Below, in pieces: positions 28,234 to 37,604 of a stretch of 56,595 nt of DNA. Below the pieces are notes generated by a model, which saw only the letters and a list, made by a program, of their open reading frames with translations, had not been told where the DNA came from and did not search any database. Source of the DNA: an uncultured Alphaproteobacteria bacterium (lineage in GTDB: Bacteria; Pseudomonadota; Alphaproteobacteria; CAAHEQ01; UBA3637). Each line of letters opens with the position of its first letter. Within the stretch, counting starts at the first letter, position 1. Position numbers and translations under genes: made by a program. Where the stretch lies: assembly GCA_944392585.1 (NCBI GenBank), contig CALXXA010000053.1, positions 1 through 56,595 on the forward strand, in the 5' to 3' direction.

Positions 28234-28881
28234 TTAAATTAATTTTTCTTTTTGTATTTGAATTAAAGCTTGTTTGATTAAAGGAATGGTGATTCGTCTT
28301 TTTAAAGATAACGCGTAAGCGTCTATAATGGAAACAATTTGATGAATTTCTTTATAAGAGCGATTTAAATGTGTCATTAAATATGAAATAACATCACTAT
28401 CGACATCCACATGTCTTTCAGTGAAGGCTTTACACAGCAGAGCCATCATTAAAGTGTCGTCTGGAGCGTGAATTTGAATGATAGGGATGGAATTGACGCG
28501 TGTTTTAAGATCCGGCAGTTTAAATAAAGGAACGGCTCTGGCGGTCATTAAAATCTGGCTTTTGTTTTCGCTGGCGTAATTGAACAGGTGGAACAGCGTT
28601 TTTTCCTGACAGAATTCATCGATGTCTTCAATGGAAGCGCGGCGAGGAAGAAAAGGAATATCAATTTCTTTTAAATTTTTTGCTTTTAAAATTGTGCTTG
28701 AAAAAATATGAGCCAAATGAGTTTTTCCAGATCCTTCGTCTCCGATAATCATAATCATGGGAAAAGACCAGGTGTTTTTTTTTATCCATGAAAAAGCTTC
28801 TTTATTACACGAAGAGACAAGAAAATCATCTTCTGTTTTTTGGACAGTGTAAGTTAAAGAAAAGGGCATTTGACAGATCAT
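28234..28881 (-). CDS. hda: DnaA regulatory inactivator Hda/HdaA-like protein
   Basis: DDFLVSSCN.EA, GDEGSGKTHL, LFHLFN, LPDLKTR, PDD.LM; downstream of the AI-2E gene as in other alphaproteobacteria. Confidence 0.85.
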   Translation of the reverse strand: MICQMPFSLTYTVQKTEDDFLVSSCNKEAFSWIKKNTWSFPMIMIIGDEGSGKTHLAHIFSSTILKAKNLKEIDIPFLPRRASIEDIDEFCQEKTLFHLFNYASENKSQILMTARAVPLFKLPDLKTRVNSIPIIQIHAPDDTLMMALLCKAFTERHVDVDSDVISYLMTHLNRSYKEIHQIVSIIDAYALSLKRRITIPLIKQALIQIQKEKLI

Positions 28882-29933
28882 TTTGAACCTATATAAAAAG
28901 AACTTTCTTTATAAGCTTTAATGATTGTTCTTAAAAGAACTCCTAAAACAGCCGTGACTGGAACCGCTAACAAGACGCCCATAAAACCAAATAAATAACC
29001 GCCGGCAAATAAAGCAAAAATAACCCACGCTGGATGTAATCCGACTTTGTCTCCGACAAGTTTCGGCGTCAATACATATCCTTCAATAAACTGACCGATT
29101 CCGAAAACAAATAAAATCCCGATGAAAACAGACCATGATGCGGATTGAGTGAAGGCTAATAACAAACTGATAAAAAAGCCGCTCAATGAGCCAACATAAG
29201 GAATAAACGATAAAACACCTGAAATAAAACCAACTACAAAACCTAAATCTAAACCGATCATGGTTAAACCGATACCGTAAAATAAAGCTAAAAATAAACA
29301 AACAATGGCTTGACCACGAATAAAAGCAGATAAAGTGATGTCTATTTCTTTCATCTGATCTTGGAAAAATAAAAGCTTGTTTTGAGGAATTAAACTTTGA
29401 GTTTTTTCAACAATCTTTGGCCAATCATTTAATATGTAAAATGTAATGACGGGAGTAATGATAATAAAAGTGATTATGTTAAATAAAACCATTCCTTGAC
29501 TGAATAAGTTTAATAATAATCCTCCGATTTTATTGAAGAAAGAAATAGATTGATGAGACATTGTCTCTTTAATATTTGTTATTTGATCTTCGGAAGCGTA
29601 ATCTTTAATCGTGTCAAACAAAGGTTGTAATTTTCCCCATAAAGCTCCGGCATATGTCGGGATTTTTTGTATAAAGCCGATTACTTGAGATTCTAAAACA
29701 GGCACAATAATTAAAAACCCTAATAAAATCATAATGATTAAAGCCGTAATAATTAAAACGGAAGCTACCGTTCTGGAACATCCTTTTTTTTCGAGCTTAA
29801 TGACAACAGGGTTTAAAATATAAGCTAGAATAAAGCTTAAAATAAAAGGCATTAATATACCGTTAAGAAGCCAAATTAATAAAGCAAAAACGATGAAAAG
29901 CGTTATCCAAAAAGCGTAAATTTTTTTATTCAT
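28878..29933 (-). CDS. AI-2E family transporter
   Basis: PF.LS.ILAY.LNP.V, FIRGQ, FIPYVG, LTPKLVGDKVGLHP, GVLLAVP. Confidence 0.9.
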   Translation of the reverse strand: MNKKIYAFWITLFIVFALLIWLLNGILMPFILSFILAYILNPVVIKLEKKGCSRTVASVLIITALIIMILLGFLIIVPVLESQVIGFIQKIPTYAGALWGKLQPLFDTIKDYASEDQITNIKETMSHQSISFFNKIGGLLLNLFSQGMVLFNIITFIIITPVITFYILNDWPKIVEKTQSLIPQNKLLFFQDQMKEIDITLSAFIRGQAIVCLFLALFYGIGLTMIGLDLGFVVGFISGVLSFIPYVGSLSGFFISLLLAFTQSASWSVFIGILFVFGIGQFIEGYVLTPKLVGDKVGLHPAWVIFALFAGGYLFGFMGVLLAVPVTAVLGVLLRTIIKAYKESSFYIGSK

Positions 29934-31311
29934 AAGAGGTCTCCTGTTGAGGCGGGTTATTTTCTATATTTGACGGGAATTGATTATTGTAAGGAAGAAT
30001 TTTTTCTTCTGTGTTGAAAATTTCAGAGCTTTCCGGTTGTGTTACGGAAGGAATGAGTTGATAATTTTCTGGTTGCATGACAGGAATGTGAGACATAGAG
30101 TTTTCTTGCAGAGGAATAAAAGAATCTTCCGAGATTATTGTCGTGTTTTCGTTTGATAGGTCTGTCGGAAGAGATAACGGTTCTGTTTCAAATGAAGAAG
30201 AGTGAACGGGAAGATGAAAAGATTCAATTTCTTCAACGGGAACATCTTTTAAATCTCGAAGCGTCCATAAATCTCCTTTGGCGGGAGATAAGAAAAGTTC
30301 TTCTTTTTTCAGAGCCTCTAAAAAAGGAGCTAATTCCCCGGCAAAGAAAATTTCTATTTGTGCTTGATCTTTGCGAACGGCTTTTACAATATATTGCTTG
30401 ATTAATTTAACTTGATCCAATCTTTTTCGAATTTGTATCCATTCACCCAGGTTTTGAATAGGAACGACTGTAACCAACGAAGAAGGATTATCAAAACGAA
30501 CGGCGTTTTGTTCTCTCCATTTTTCTTCCAATAAAGGAATGGTTCGTCGGCTGGCTCGTTCTAAAACGGCTTTTAACGGAGCATCCAAAGGTTCAAAAAA
30601 ATGAATGATGCCTATGTAAGAAGCTTCATTTTTAAAAGGGCGAACGGTTATTTTAACTTGGTGCAGCGATGCAAGGACGTCCGCTTGAACAACCAAAGCG
30701 TTTAAGGCTTGATAACGGCTGAAAAGAGGAGATATGTCTAAATTTTTTTCATCTTTTAAATTTTCTTCGGAAACATAAGCCATGTCTGTTAAATCGCCCA
30801 AAGGAACAACCAAAGGAATTAAATCACTGTTAAGAGATTCTTTTTTCCAAACTTGAAGCCAAGGATTATCTTCCTGCCATAACTGTAAATCAGCGTTTAT
30901 ATCTGGTCTGTACACTGGAAATATGATACTTTTATCCGCCGTGGAAGTAATATAAGGAACATGATATTCTTGAAAAAAAGTTTGGATGGCTTCTGGGTTG
31001 AATTGAACGCTGATGTCGGCTATGTAGCGAACAGAAGAGGTCTTTTCGTTGGATACGGAATAATCTTGCACTAAATTTAACATATCCTCGGTTGTCAAAA
31101 CCGGAAGTTCTTTCATGTCGGAAGGCAGAGTTAAACGTTCCAAAAGTTTATAAAAACCTCTTTCTTGAGCTTCTAAAACCGCTTTTTTCCGTGCCAGCGT
31201 TGCGTTTTCATCCGTAACGTCCACGGGAATATCCCGCACTAGGTACATATTGGCCTGAGCGGGACATATCCATGAACAAATTCCAAAGAAAAAAATAAAA
31301 AATTTTTTCAT
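29926..31311 (-). CDS. DUF2066-like exported protein
   Basis: Signal peptide; Y.V.DIPVDVT.ENA..AR..A..EAQ..GF..LL.RL; conserved position before AI-2E/hda; acidic low-complexity tail. Confidence 0.7.
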   Translation of the reverse strand: MKKFFIFFFGICSWICPAQANMYLVRDIPVDVTDENATLARKKAVLEAQERGFYKLLERLTLPSDMKELPVLTTEDMLNLVQDYSVSNEKTSSVRYIADISVQFNPEAIQTFFQEYHVPYITSTADKSIIFPVYRPDINADLQLWQEDNPWLQVWKKESLNSDLIPLVVPLGDLTDMAYVSEENLKDEKNLDISPLFSRYQALNALVVQADVLASLHQVKITVRPFKNEASYIGIIHFFEPLDAPLKAVLERASRRTIPLLEEKWREQNAVRFDNPSSLVTVVPIQNLGEWIQIRKRLDQVKLIKQYIVKAVRKDQAQIEIFFAGELAPFLEALKKEELFLSPAKGDLWTLRDLKDVPVEEIESFHLPVHSSSFETEPLSLPTDLSNENTTIISEDSFIPLQENSMSHIPVMQPENYQLIPSVTQPESSEIFNTEEKILPYNNQFPSNIENNPPQQETSYE

Positions 31312-31733
31312 TAACCGACTATTTCACTTCCGCTGAAGAAATAAGCTATTTCCGCAGCAGCCGTTTCTAATGCGTCTGAACCGTGAATACTGTTCTGAGA
31401 AAGCTCTATTCCAAATTCCTTGCGAATGGTTCCCGGCTCCGCGTTTAAAGGATTTGTAGCTCCCATAATCTGTCTGTTTAAAGTAACGGCATTTTCTCCT
31501 TCCAGGACTTGAACAACAACCGGTCCAGAGCAAATATAAGAAACAAGCTCTTCATAAAAAGGCTTATTAGCATGAACGCCGTAAAAATGTCGAGCCTGTT
31601 CGCGCGTCATTTTTATTCTTTTTTGAGCAATAATTCTTAAACCAGCCTGTTCTAAACGTGCATTGATGGCTCCGGTTAGGTTGCGAGCCGTCGCATCAGG
31701 TTTAATCATGGAAAAAGTTCTTTCAATAGCCAT
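31311..31733 (-). CDS. ndk: Nucleoside diphosphate kinase
   Basis: [31 protein letters not shown]. Confidence 0.97.
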   Translation of the reverse strand: MAIERTFSMIKPDATARNLTGAINARLEQAGLRIIAQKRIKMTREQARHFYGVHANKPFYEELVSYICSGPVVVQVLEGENAVTLNRQIMGATNPLNAEPGTIRKEFGIELSQNSIHGSDALETAAAEIAYFFSGSEIVG

Positions 31734-31862
31734 TTTTTTCTCCTTTCAATTTAATGGGTTCTTTTCTTATACCTGTTTTTAGCTTTTTATGCAATAAAAA
31801 AAGGTTTTTGCTTTTTTTTAAAAAAAGCGTTATAACTCTATTTAAGACAAGGAGTACTTATT

Positions 31863-32198
31863 ATGTATGATGAAAATAACGTGTTTGCAAAGATTTTGCG
31901 TCAAGAGATTCCTTCAACTTTTATTTATGAAGATGATTATGTCGTTTCTTTTTACGACATTCATCCTAAAGCGCCGACACATGTATTGGTTGTGCCTAAA
32001 AAGCCATATATTGATTTGAATGACTTTATGCAAAAAGCAGAACAAGATGAGGTTTATCATGTATTAAAAGCCGTTCAAAAAGTGGCTCAACAGTTAGACG
32101 TTGTTCAAGCCGGATATAAAGTTCTTTTAAATGTGGGAAAAGGAGCCGGACAAGAAGTGCCTCATTTGCACTTTCATATTCTGTCAAATAAAAAGTAA
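31863..32198 (+). CDS. hinT: HIT family nucleotide-binding protein
   Basis: YDENNVFAKILR.EIP, DIHPKAP.H, GQEVPHLHFHI. Confidence 0.92.
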   Translation: MYDENNVFAKILRQEIPSTFIYEDDYVVSFYDIHPKAPTHVLVVPKKPYIDLNDFMQKAEQDEVYHVLKAVQKVAQQLDVVQAGYKVLLNVGKGAGQEVPHLHFHILSNKK

Positions 32199-32211
32199 AT
32201 ATCATGACGTC

Positions 32212-33165
32212 TTATTTTTTTAAATGAGCGCGCGGATGAGCCTGATTATAAACCGCTTTTAAATGAACGGTGTCTATTTCCGTATATCTTTGCGTAGCGG
32301 ATAAAGATGTATGACCTAATAATTCTTGAACGCTTCTTAAATCACTTCCCGCCGTGAGTAAATGCGTGGCAAAGCTATGCCTTAAAGCGTGCGGCGTCAC
32401 ACTTTCCGGTAATCCCAAATATAATCGTATCTTTCGAATCTGACGTTGAACGACTCCAGGATTTAATCGTTCTCCTCTGCTGCCGATAAACAAAGGAGCT
32501 TCGCATCCTTTTAAAGGACGTTCTTTTAAATAAGCTTCCAGCGTTTTTTTCACAATGTTTAGCAACGGTATCATTCGTTGTTTATTTCCTTTCCCGGTTA
32601 CGACTAAGACGTCGTTGGTTTTAGGAATGTCGGTGACGTTTAAAGCCAATGCTTCGGAAATACGAAGTCCGCAGCCGTATAATAAAGTTAATAAAGCAAC
32701 GTCTCTTAATCCTTGCCATTTTTCTTTTTGCATGGTTTGCGCGGCGTTTAACAAAGCTAAAGCATCTTCTTGATCCAGCGGCTTTGGCAGCGTTTTCGGC
32801 GGACGAGCCGGACGAACAACATGAACCGCCGTATTTTCTATATTATGGAATTTAGACAGAAAACGGTAAAAATTACGAATGGTTGACATGTTTCGTGCCA
32901 AAGAAGAACGTGAAGTATTTGAAGAACTTCTGTCAACAAGAAAAGACCTTAAATCTGTTACGCTTAAATCTTTTAGGTCTTTTAAATCTATCAGACGTCC
33001 GATGTCTTTAGATAAAAAATCCATAAATTCTCTTAAATCCAAAAAATAACTTTCAACCGTATGCGGCGATAAACGTCTTTCGCCGGAAAGCCATTCTTGC
33101 CAAGATTGAATGATTTCTTGTACTTTTCGAGTCGTTGTTTGTTGAAAATCCTTGAACTCTTGCAT
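32212..33165 (-). CDS. xerC: Tyrosine recombinase XerC
   Basis: LYGCGLRISE, GKGNKQR, TPHALRHSFATHLL, VQELLGH.SL.ATQRYT, AHPRA; divergent from priA. Confidence 0.85.
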   Translation of the reverse strand: MQEFKDFQQTTTRKVQEIIQSWQEWLSGERRLSPHTVESYFLDLREFMDFLSKDIGRLIDLKDLKDLSVTDLRSFLVDRSSSNTSRSSLARNMSTIRNFYRFLSKFHNIENTAVHVVRPARPPKTLPKPLDQEDALALLNAAQTMQKEKWQGLRDVALLTLLYGCGLRISEALALNVTDIPKTNDVLVVTGKGNKQRMIPLLNIVKKTLEAYLKERPLKGCEAPLFIGSRGERLNPGVVQRQIRKIRLYLGLPESVTPHALRHSFATHLLTAGSDLRSVQELLGHTSLSATQRYTEIDTVHLKAVYNQAHPRAHLKK

Positions 33166-33212
33166 GCTTTTATATACCTTTATAAAAGTATCATAAAAAA
33201 GAAAAAGTAAAA

Positions 33213-35165
33213 ATGCAAAAAATATCTGTTTTATTGCCTAAGCCGTTTTCCATATGCACTTATTTTGCCCCAGAAAAGCTTGAACCGGGAACTTTCGTCA
33301 AAGTTCCTTTCGGAAAGCAAATATGCGTCGGCGTGGTATGGGATACTCCTGTTCAAGAGGATTTTCCTCAAGAAAAAATCAAACCTGTTCAAACTGTTTT
33401 GAATTTACCGATAATGCCTCAAGTTCACAGGAGTTTTATAAATTGGGTCGCTTCTTATAACCTTTGTTCTTTAGGCGCTGTTTTAAAAATGGCTTTACCG
33501 ATTGATGATATTGATAAAAAAAGTAAAAAACCGCTCGTCTTTGACAAGCCTGATTTAAGTCCGAGTTCTTTTACTTTCTCAAACCAACAAAAAAAAGCAG
33601 TGGATGTTTTGACGCATGCGGTCGGGTTCCAAGTGACTTTATTGGACGGTGTGACGGGATCCGGCAAAACAGAGGTTTATTTTGAAGCCGTCGCAGAGGC
33701 TTTGCGACAAAATCACCAGGTTTTAGTCCTTTTACCGGAAATTACGTTGACTTCCGCATGGTTGTCTCGTTTCCAACAGAGATTTAAAGTCAAACCAGCT
33801 TGTTGGCATTGTGGGCTGACACCGAAAGTTCGCAGAGATACATGGCAGGCGGCTTTATCAGGACAAGCGCGCGTTATTGTCGGTGCTCGATCCGCTTTGT
33901 TTCTACCTTATGCCGATTTAGGACTGATTGTCGTAGATGAAGAACATGATTCGTCTTATAAACAAGAAGACGGTGTCGTTTATCAAGCTCGAGATATGGC
34001 CGTCGTTCGATCTTTTCTAGGACGAGTTCCTATTGTTTTAGCTTCCGCAACGCCTTCCGTCGAGACGTATTGCAACGTTTTAGAAGGACGGTATCAAACC
34101 GTTCAATTACCCGAAAGAATCGTTCAAGCCTCTTTACCGGAAAGACATGTCATTGATATGCGATCTAAAGAAAAACAAAAAGGATATTTATCTCCTTTGT
34201 TGATTGAAGCTATGCAAAAAGCTATTGAAAATCATGAACAAACATTGCTTTTCCTCAACAGAAGAGGGTATGCTCCTATGTTGTTGTGCAAAGCGTGCGG
34301 AGAAAAAATAAAATGTCCGAATTGTTCTGTCTTGTTGACAGAGCATAGAAAAAAAGGAATCATGAAATGTCATCATTGTGATTTTACGATTCATATTCCA
34401 ACCGTGTGTCCTGTTTGCGGAGAGAAAAACAGCTTTATTTCCTGTGGTCCGGGCGTCGAAAAATTAGAAGAAGAAGTCTCTCGGTTATTCCCAAACGCCC
34501 GCATTGAAGTCGTAACAAGCGACACTGTTTCAAAACCAGAGCAGTTTGAAAAAATAATCAATCGGTTAATGAATAACGAAACGGATATCTTAATCGGAAC
34601 GCAAATGTTGGCAAAAGGTCATCATTTCCCGAATTTAACGGTCGTCGGCGTCATTGACGCGGATTTTGGATTGGCCGGCGGAGATTTAAGAGCCTCTGAA
34701 AGAACTTTCCAATTATTGCAGCAAGTCTCCGGAAGAGCAGGGCGTTCTTATAAAAAAGGAAATACATATATTCAAACATACAGCCCTGAAAATGGAGTTA
34801 TTAAAGCAATTCAAGAAAATAACAGAAATGCTTTCATGTCCGCTGAAATTGAAGCAAGACGTTTATTAAAAATGCCTCCTTTCGGCAGATTGGCTTGTAT
34901 CGTTTTCAGCGGGAAAAAAGAAGAACGTGTTCAAAAAACCGCTCTCACTGTTATGGAAAAAGCTCCTTTTTTAAAAGGCGTCGAGTTTTTGGGGCCCGTT
35001 CAAGCACCGCTTTATCAACTCCGTGGAAAATACAGGTATAGAATTTTAATTAAATCCGATAAAAAAACACCTTTGCAAAAAATTATTCGTTCATGGCTGG
35101 ATGCTTGCCGCTTTCCGTCCGACGTCTCCGTTAAAGTTGATATCGATCCTTATTCTTTTTTATAA
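33213..35165 (+). CDS. priA: Primosomal protein N' (replication restart helicase)
   Basis: GVTGSGKTEVY, DEEHD, SATPS, two CxxC...CxxC clusters, QVSGRAGR, DIDP. Confidence 0.96.
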   Translation: MQKISVLLPKPFSICTYFAPEKLEPGTFVKVPFGKQICVGVVWDTPVQEDFPQEKIKPVQTVLNLPIMPQVHRSFINWVASYNLCSLGAVLKMALPIDDIDKKSKKPLVFDKPDLSPSSFTFSNQQKKAVDVLTHAVGFQVTLLDGVTGSGKTEVYFEAVAEALRQNHQVLVLLPEITLTSAWLSRFQQRFKVKPACWHCGLTPKVRRDTWQAALSGQARVIVGARSALFLPYADLGLIVVDEEHDSSYKQEDGVVYQARDMAVVRSFLGRVPIVLASATPSVETYCNVLEGRYQTVQLPERIVQASLPERHVIDMRSKEKQKGYLSPLLIEAMQKAIENHEQTLLFLNRRGYAPMLLCKACGEKIKCPNCSVLLTEHRKKGIMKCHHCDFTIHIPTVCPVCGEKNSFISCGPGVEKLEEEVSRLFPNARIEVVTSDTVSKPEQFEKIINRLMNNETDILIGTQMLAKGHHFPNLTVVGVIDADFGLAGGDLRASERTFQLLQQVSGRAGRSYKKGNTYIQTYSPENGVIKAIQENNRNAFMSAEIEARRLLKMPPFGRLACIVFSGKKEERVQKTALTVMEKAPFLKGVEFLGPVQAPLYQLRGKYRYRILIKSDKKTPLQKIIRSWLDACRFPSDVSVKVDIDPYSFL

Positions 35166-36020
35166 CTCTAAACAATTTTTAATGTAACGCATGGTGCGCC
35201 TCATCAAAGTCATGTAATGAGGCGGTTTATTTTTATACGACCACCCCATAGGCTCTGTGCGAATAACTTTATATTGATTGTTCGTTAAAAGTTGAAGCGT
35301 CTTTTTCTTCATATTCGGGTTGACTATTAAACACATTGGTTTTTTCTGAATTAAATTATTTTTTATTTTCTCCATGCTCTTAGGTCCTGTCAGCGTTTCC
35401 TCGTCTACAATCAAAGAAGAAGACCCTTTTAATCCCATGTACTCAAAAAGATACTGATATCCATCATGAAAAGAAATAATCGTAGGCGTGTTTTCTTGGG
35501 CAGAAAGTTGATTCTCTTTTAAAGTAGATATGATTTTTTTAAAATTTTGTGCGTTTTCAAGGTACGTTTTTTTATTTTTTGGATCGTAACTACTTAAAAC
35601 AGAAGCAATTTCATCAACCATTTTTTCCGCATTATTCGGATCTAACCATATATGAACGTCTTGTCTTTGATTCTTCCTGAGAGAAGGAAGAATTTTTAAG
35701 TCTTTTGTTTTTTCTATCAAAGGAACGGAAATGACGTCTTTTTTCGCTATGTTTTTTAAGGCTTTCGGCATGTAGGTTTCTAATTCGGGACTCACCCAAA
35801 AAATAATATCCGCTTTGCGAATGATTTTTGCTTCGCTCGTCTTTAGTTCATACGTGTGGTGCGATAAATGAGCTTTCTGATTAATCAATAAGGGAGTATC
35901 AACATTAAGCATAACCGATGAAACCAAAGAATATATCGGAGGAAATGTCGCCGCGACGGTAATGGCATGAGCCGTTAAATTCCAACTGACAAATAAAAAA
36001 AATAAGAATATATATTTCAT
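35160..36020 (-). CDS. znuA: Zinc ABC transporter substrate-binding protein
   Basis: Signal peptide, SHHTYEL, DVHIWLDP.NA, FHDGYQY; divergent from znuCB. Confidence 0.85.
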   Translation of the reverse strand: MKYIFLFFLFVSWNLTAHAITVAATFPPIYSLVSSVMLNVDTPLLINQKAHLSHHTYELKTSEAKIIRKADIIFWVSPELETYMPKALKNIAKKDVISVPLIEKTKDLKILPSLRKNQRQDVHIWLDPNNAEKMVDEIASVLSSYDPKNKKTYLENAQNFKKIISTLKENQLSAQENTPTIISFHDGYQYLFEYMGLKGSSSLIVDEETLTGPKSMEKIKNNLIQKKPMCLIVNPNMKKKTLQLLTNNQYKVIRTEPMGWSYKNKPPHYMTLMRRTMRYIKNCLEL

Positions 36021-36034
36021 TGACAGTCCTTATA

Positions 36035-36067
36035 TTGAAAAAAAAAAAACTTTGCTATAAAATAAAA
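36035..36067 (+). promoter_or_regulatory. Putative znuCB promoter with an A12 tract and a degenerate Zur-like box
   Basis: TTGAAA(36035-36040)-N17-TAAAAT(36058-36063); TGCTATAAAATAAAA resembles TGTTATAWTATAACA with 3 mismatches. Confidence 0.4.
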
Positions 36068-36094
36068 CAAAATATTTAAAAGGACAAGAAACAA

Positions 36095-36778
36095 ATGACG
36101 CTTATTGATATAAAAAATGTTTCTTTAATCTTAAAAGAAAAAGTTATCTTACAAAATATCTCGTGTTCTTTTGATAAAAATGAAATAACAACGATCATCG
36201 GTCCCAACGGCGGCGGGAAAACTTCTTTGATTAAGCTGATTCTCGGAATTTATAAGCCTTCTTGCGGTTTTGTTCGGAAGAAAAAAAATTTAAAAATAGG
36301 ATACATGCCTCAACGATTTCAAATTAATCCCATCGTTCCGATGACTGTTCGGAGATTTTTAAATGATGTCAACACGTTAGGACCTTTAAAAGCGTCTTAT
36401 TTAGCGGATTTTGACATGACCTCTTTGTCCGGAGGCGAAATGCAACGTGTCTTGTTGGCATATGCTTTGCAAAATAAACCAGATGTTTTGCTTCTTGACG
36501 AGCCGACTGCGGGATTGGATGTTTCCGGCGAACAGTCGTTATATCAATTTATTTTAGATTATCAGAAAAACTCTCAATGTTGTATCATTCTTGTTTCTCA
36601 TGACTTGCACTTTGTTATGAAACAAACAAAACGCGTTTTATGCCTTCATAAGCATATTTGTTGTTCGGGACTGCCGGAGACCGTTTCTTCAAACAGTTAT
36701 TATCAGTCTTTATTCGGTGTTCAAGTTCCGTATATTCATCACCATAATCACTCACATGAAAGGAACGATGATGAATGA
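36095..36778 (+). CDS. znuC: Zinc ABC transporter ATP-binding protein
   Basis: GPNGGGKT, IGYMPQR, LSGGEMQR, LLDEP, HICCSG.PE, His-rich C-terminus. Confidence 0.9.
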   Translation: MTLIDIKNVSLILKEKVILQNISCSFDKNEITTIIGPNGGGKTSLIKLILGIYKPSCGFVRKKKNLKIGYMPQRFQINPIVPMTVRRFLNDVNTLGPLKASYLADFDMTSLSGGEMQRVLLAYALQNKPDVLLLDEPTAGLDVSGEQSLYQFILDYQKNSQCCIILVSHDLHFVMKQTKRVLCLHKHICCSGLPETVSSNSYYQSLFGVQVPYIHHHNHSHERNDDE

Positions 36779-37604
36779 TTTTTTAATAAACGCTCTTTGG
36801 GCTTCCATAGGAATTGCTTTGTTGGCGGGACCTTTAGGGTGCTTAATGGTTTTTAAACGCGTGGCTTGTTTAGGAGATACATTGTCTCATGGTTCCGTCT
36901 TAGGCTTGTCTTTGGGCTTGCTTGTGGGAGTGCATCCTATGATAGCTTTAACTGCAGTGACTTGCGTGTGGGTCTCTTTCTTATGGATTTTGAACAAAAA
37001 CGAGACTGTTTCCACAGATGCGGCAATGGCTCTTTTGACGCAAAGCTCTTTAGCTGTTTCTATTTTGTTTTTTTATTTCGTTCCTTTTCAAGAAACAAGT
37101 TTAATAGAAGCTCTTGTTGGAAACATTTTAACAGTCGGAAAAGAAGATATTTTCTTAATATATGCAATGGATTTTGTTTTTGCCGTATTGCTTTTTTTCT
37201 TTTGGAAAAAGTGGATTTTAATAGCGATTCATCCGGATTTGGCTTTTGCGAAGCATATTCAAGTGCCTTTATTACAAATCCTTTTTTTAATAATGGTCGG
37301 GCTGTTTATTGCTTTTTCCATTCAAATGATGGGCGCTCTTTTAGTTCCTGCTTTCTTGATTATCCCAGCAGTTGCAGCACGCCTTTTCTCAAAAACACCC
37401 GAACAAATGGCTTTTTTAGCTTCCGTTATCGCTCTTTGTTCCGCTTTGAGCGGATTAGGTATTTCGTATCAGTTTGATATTCCAACAGGACCGACAATGG
37501 TTTGTATGACGGTTCTTTTCTATATTTTTTTAAGCCTCTTTAAACAATTGTTAAGAATAAAACAAGTATGCTTGTTTAAGAATTGGAAAGAAAGGAAAAA
37601 ATAA
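36768..37604 (+). CDS. znuB: Zinc ABC transporter permease
   Basis: AGPLGCLMV.KR.A..GDTLSH, GALLV.A.LIIPA..AR, DIPTGP. Confidence 0.9.
   Translation: MMNDFLINALWASIGIALLAGPLGCLMVFKRVACLGDTLSHGSVLGLSLGLLVGVHPMIALTAVTCVWVSFLWILNKNETVSTDAAMALLTQSSLAVSILFFYFVPFQETSLIEALVGNILTVGKEDIFLIYAMDFVFAVLLFFFWKKWILIAIHPDLAFAKHIQVPLLQILFLIMVGLFIAFSIQMMGALLVPAFLIIPAVAARLFSKTPEQMAFLASVIALCSALSGLGISYQFDIPTGPTMVCMTVLFYIFLSLFKQLLRIKQVCLFKNWKERKK

Noticed and set aside
32212-33165. Tyrosine recombinase as the integrase of the phage-like cluster
   Set aside because: It lies 14 kb away on the other side of oriC, has XerC-typical motifs (AHPRA tail) and the usual priA linkage.
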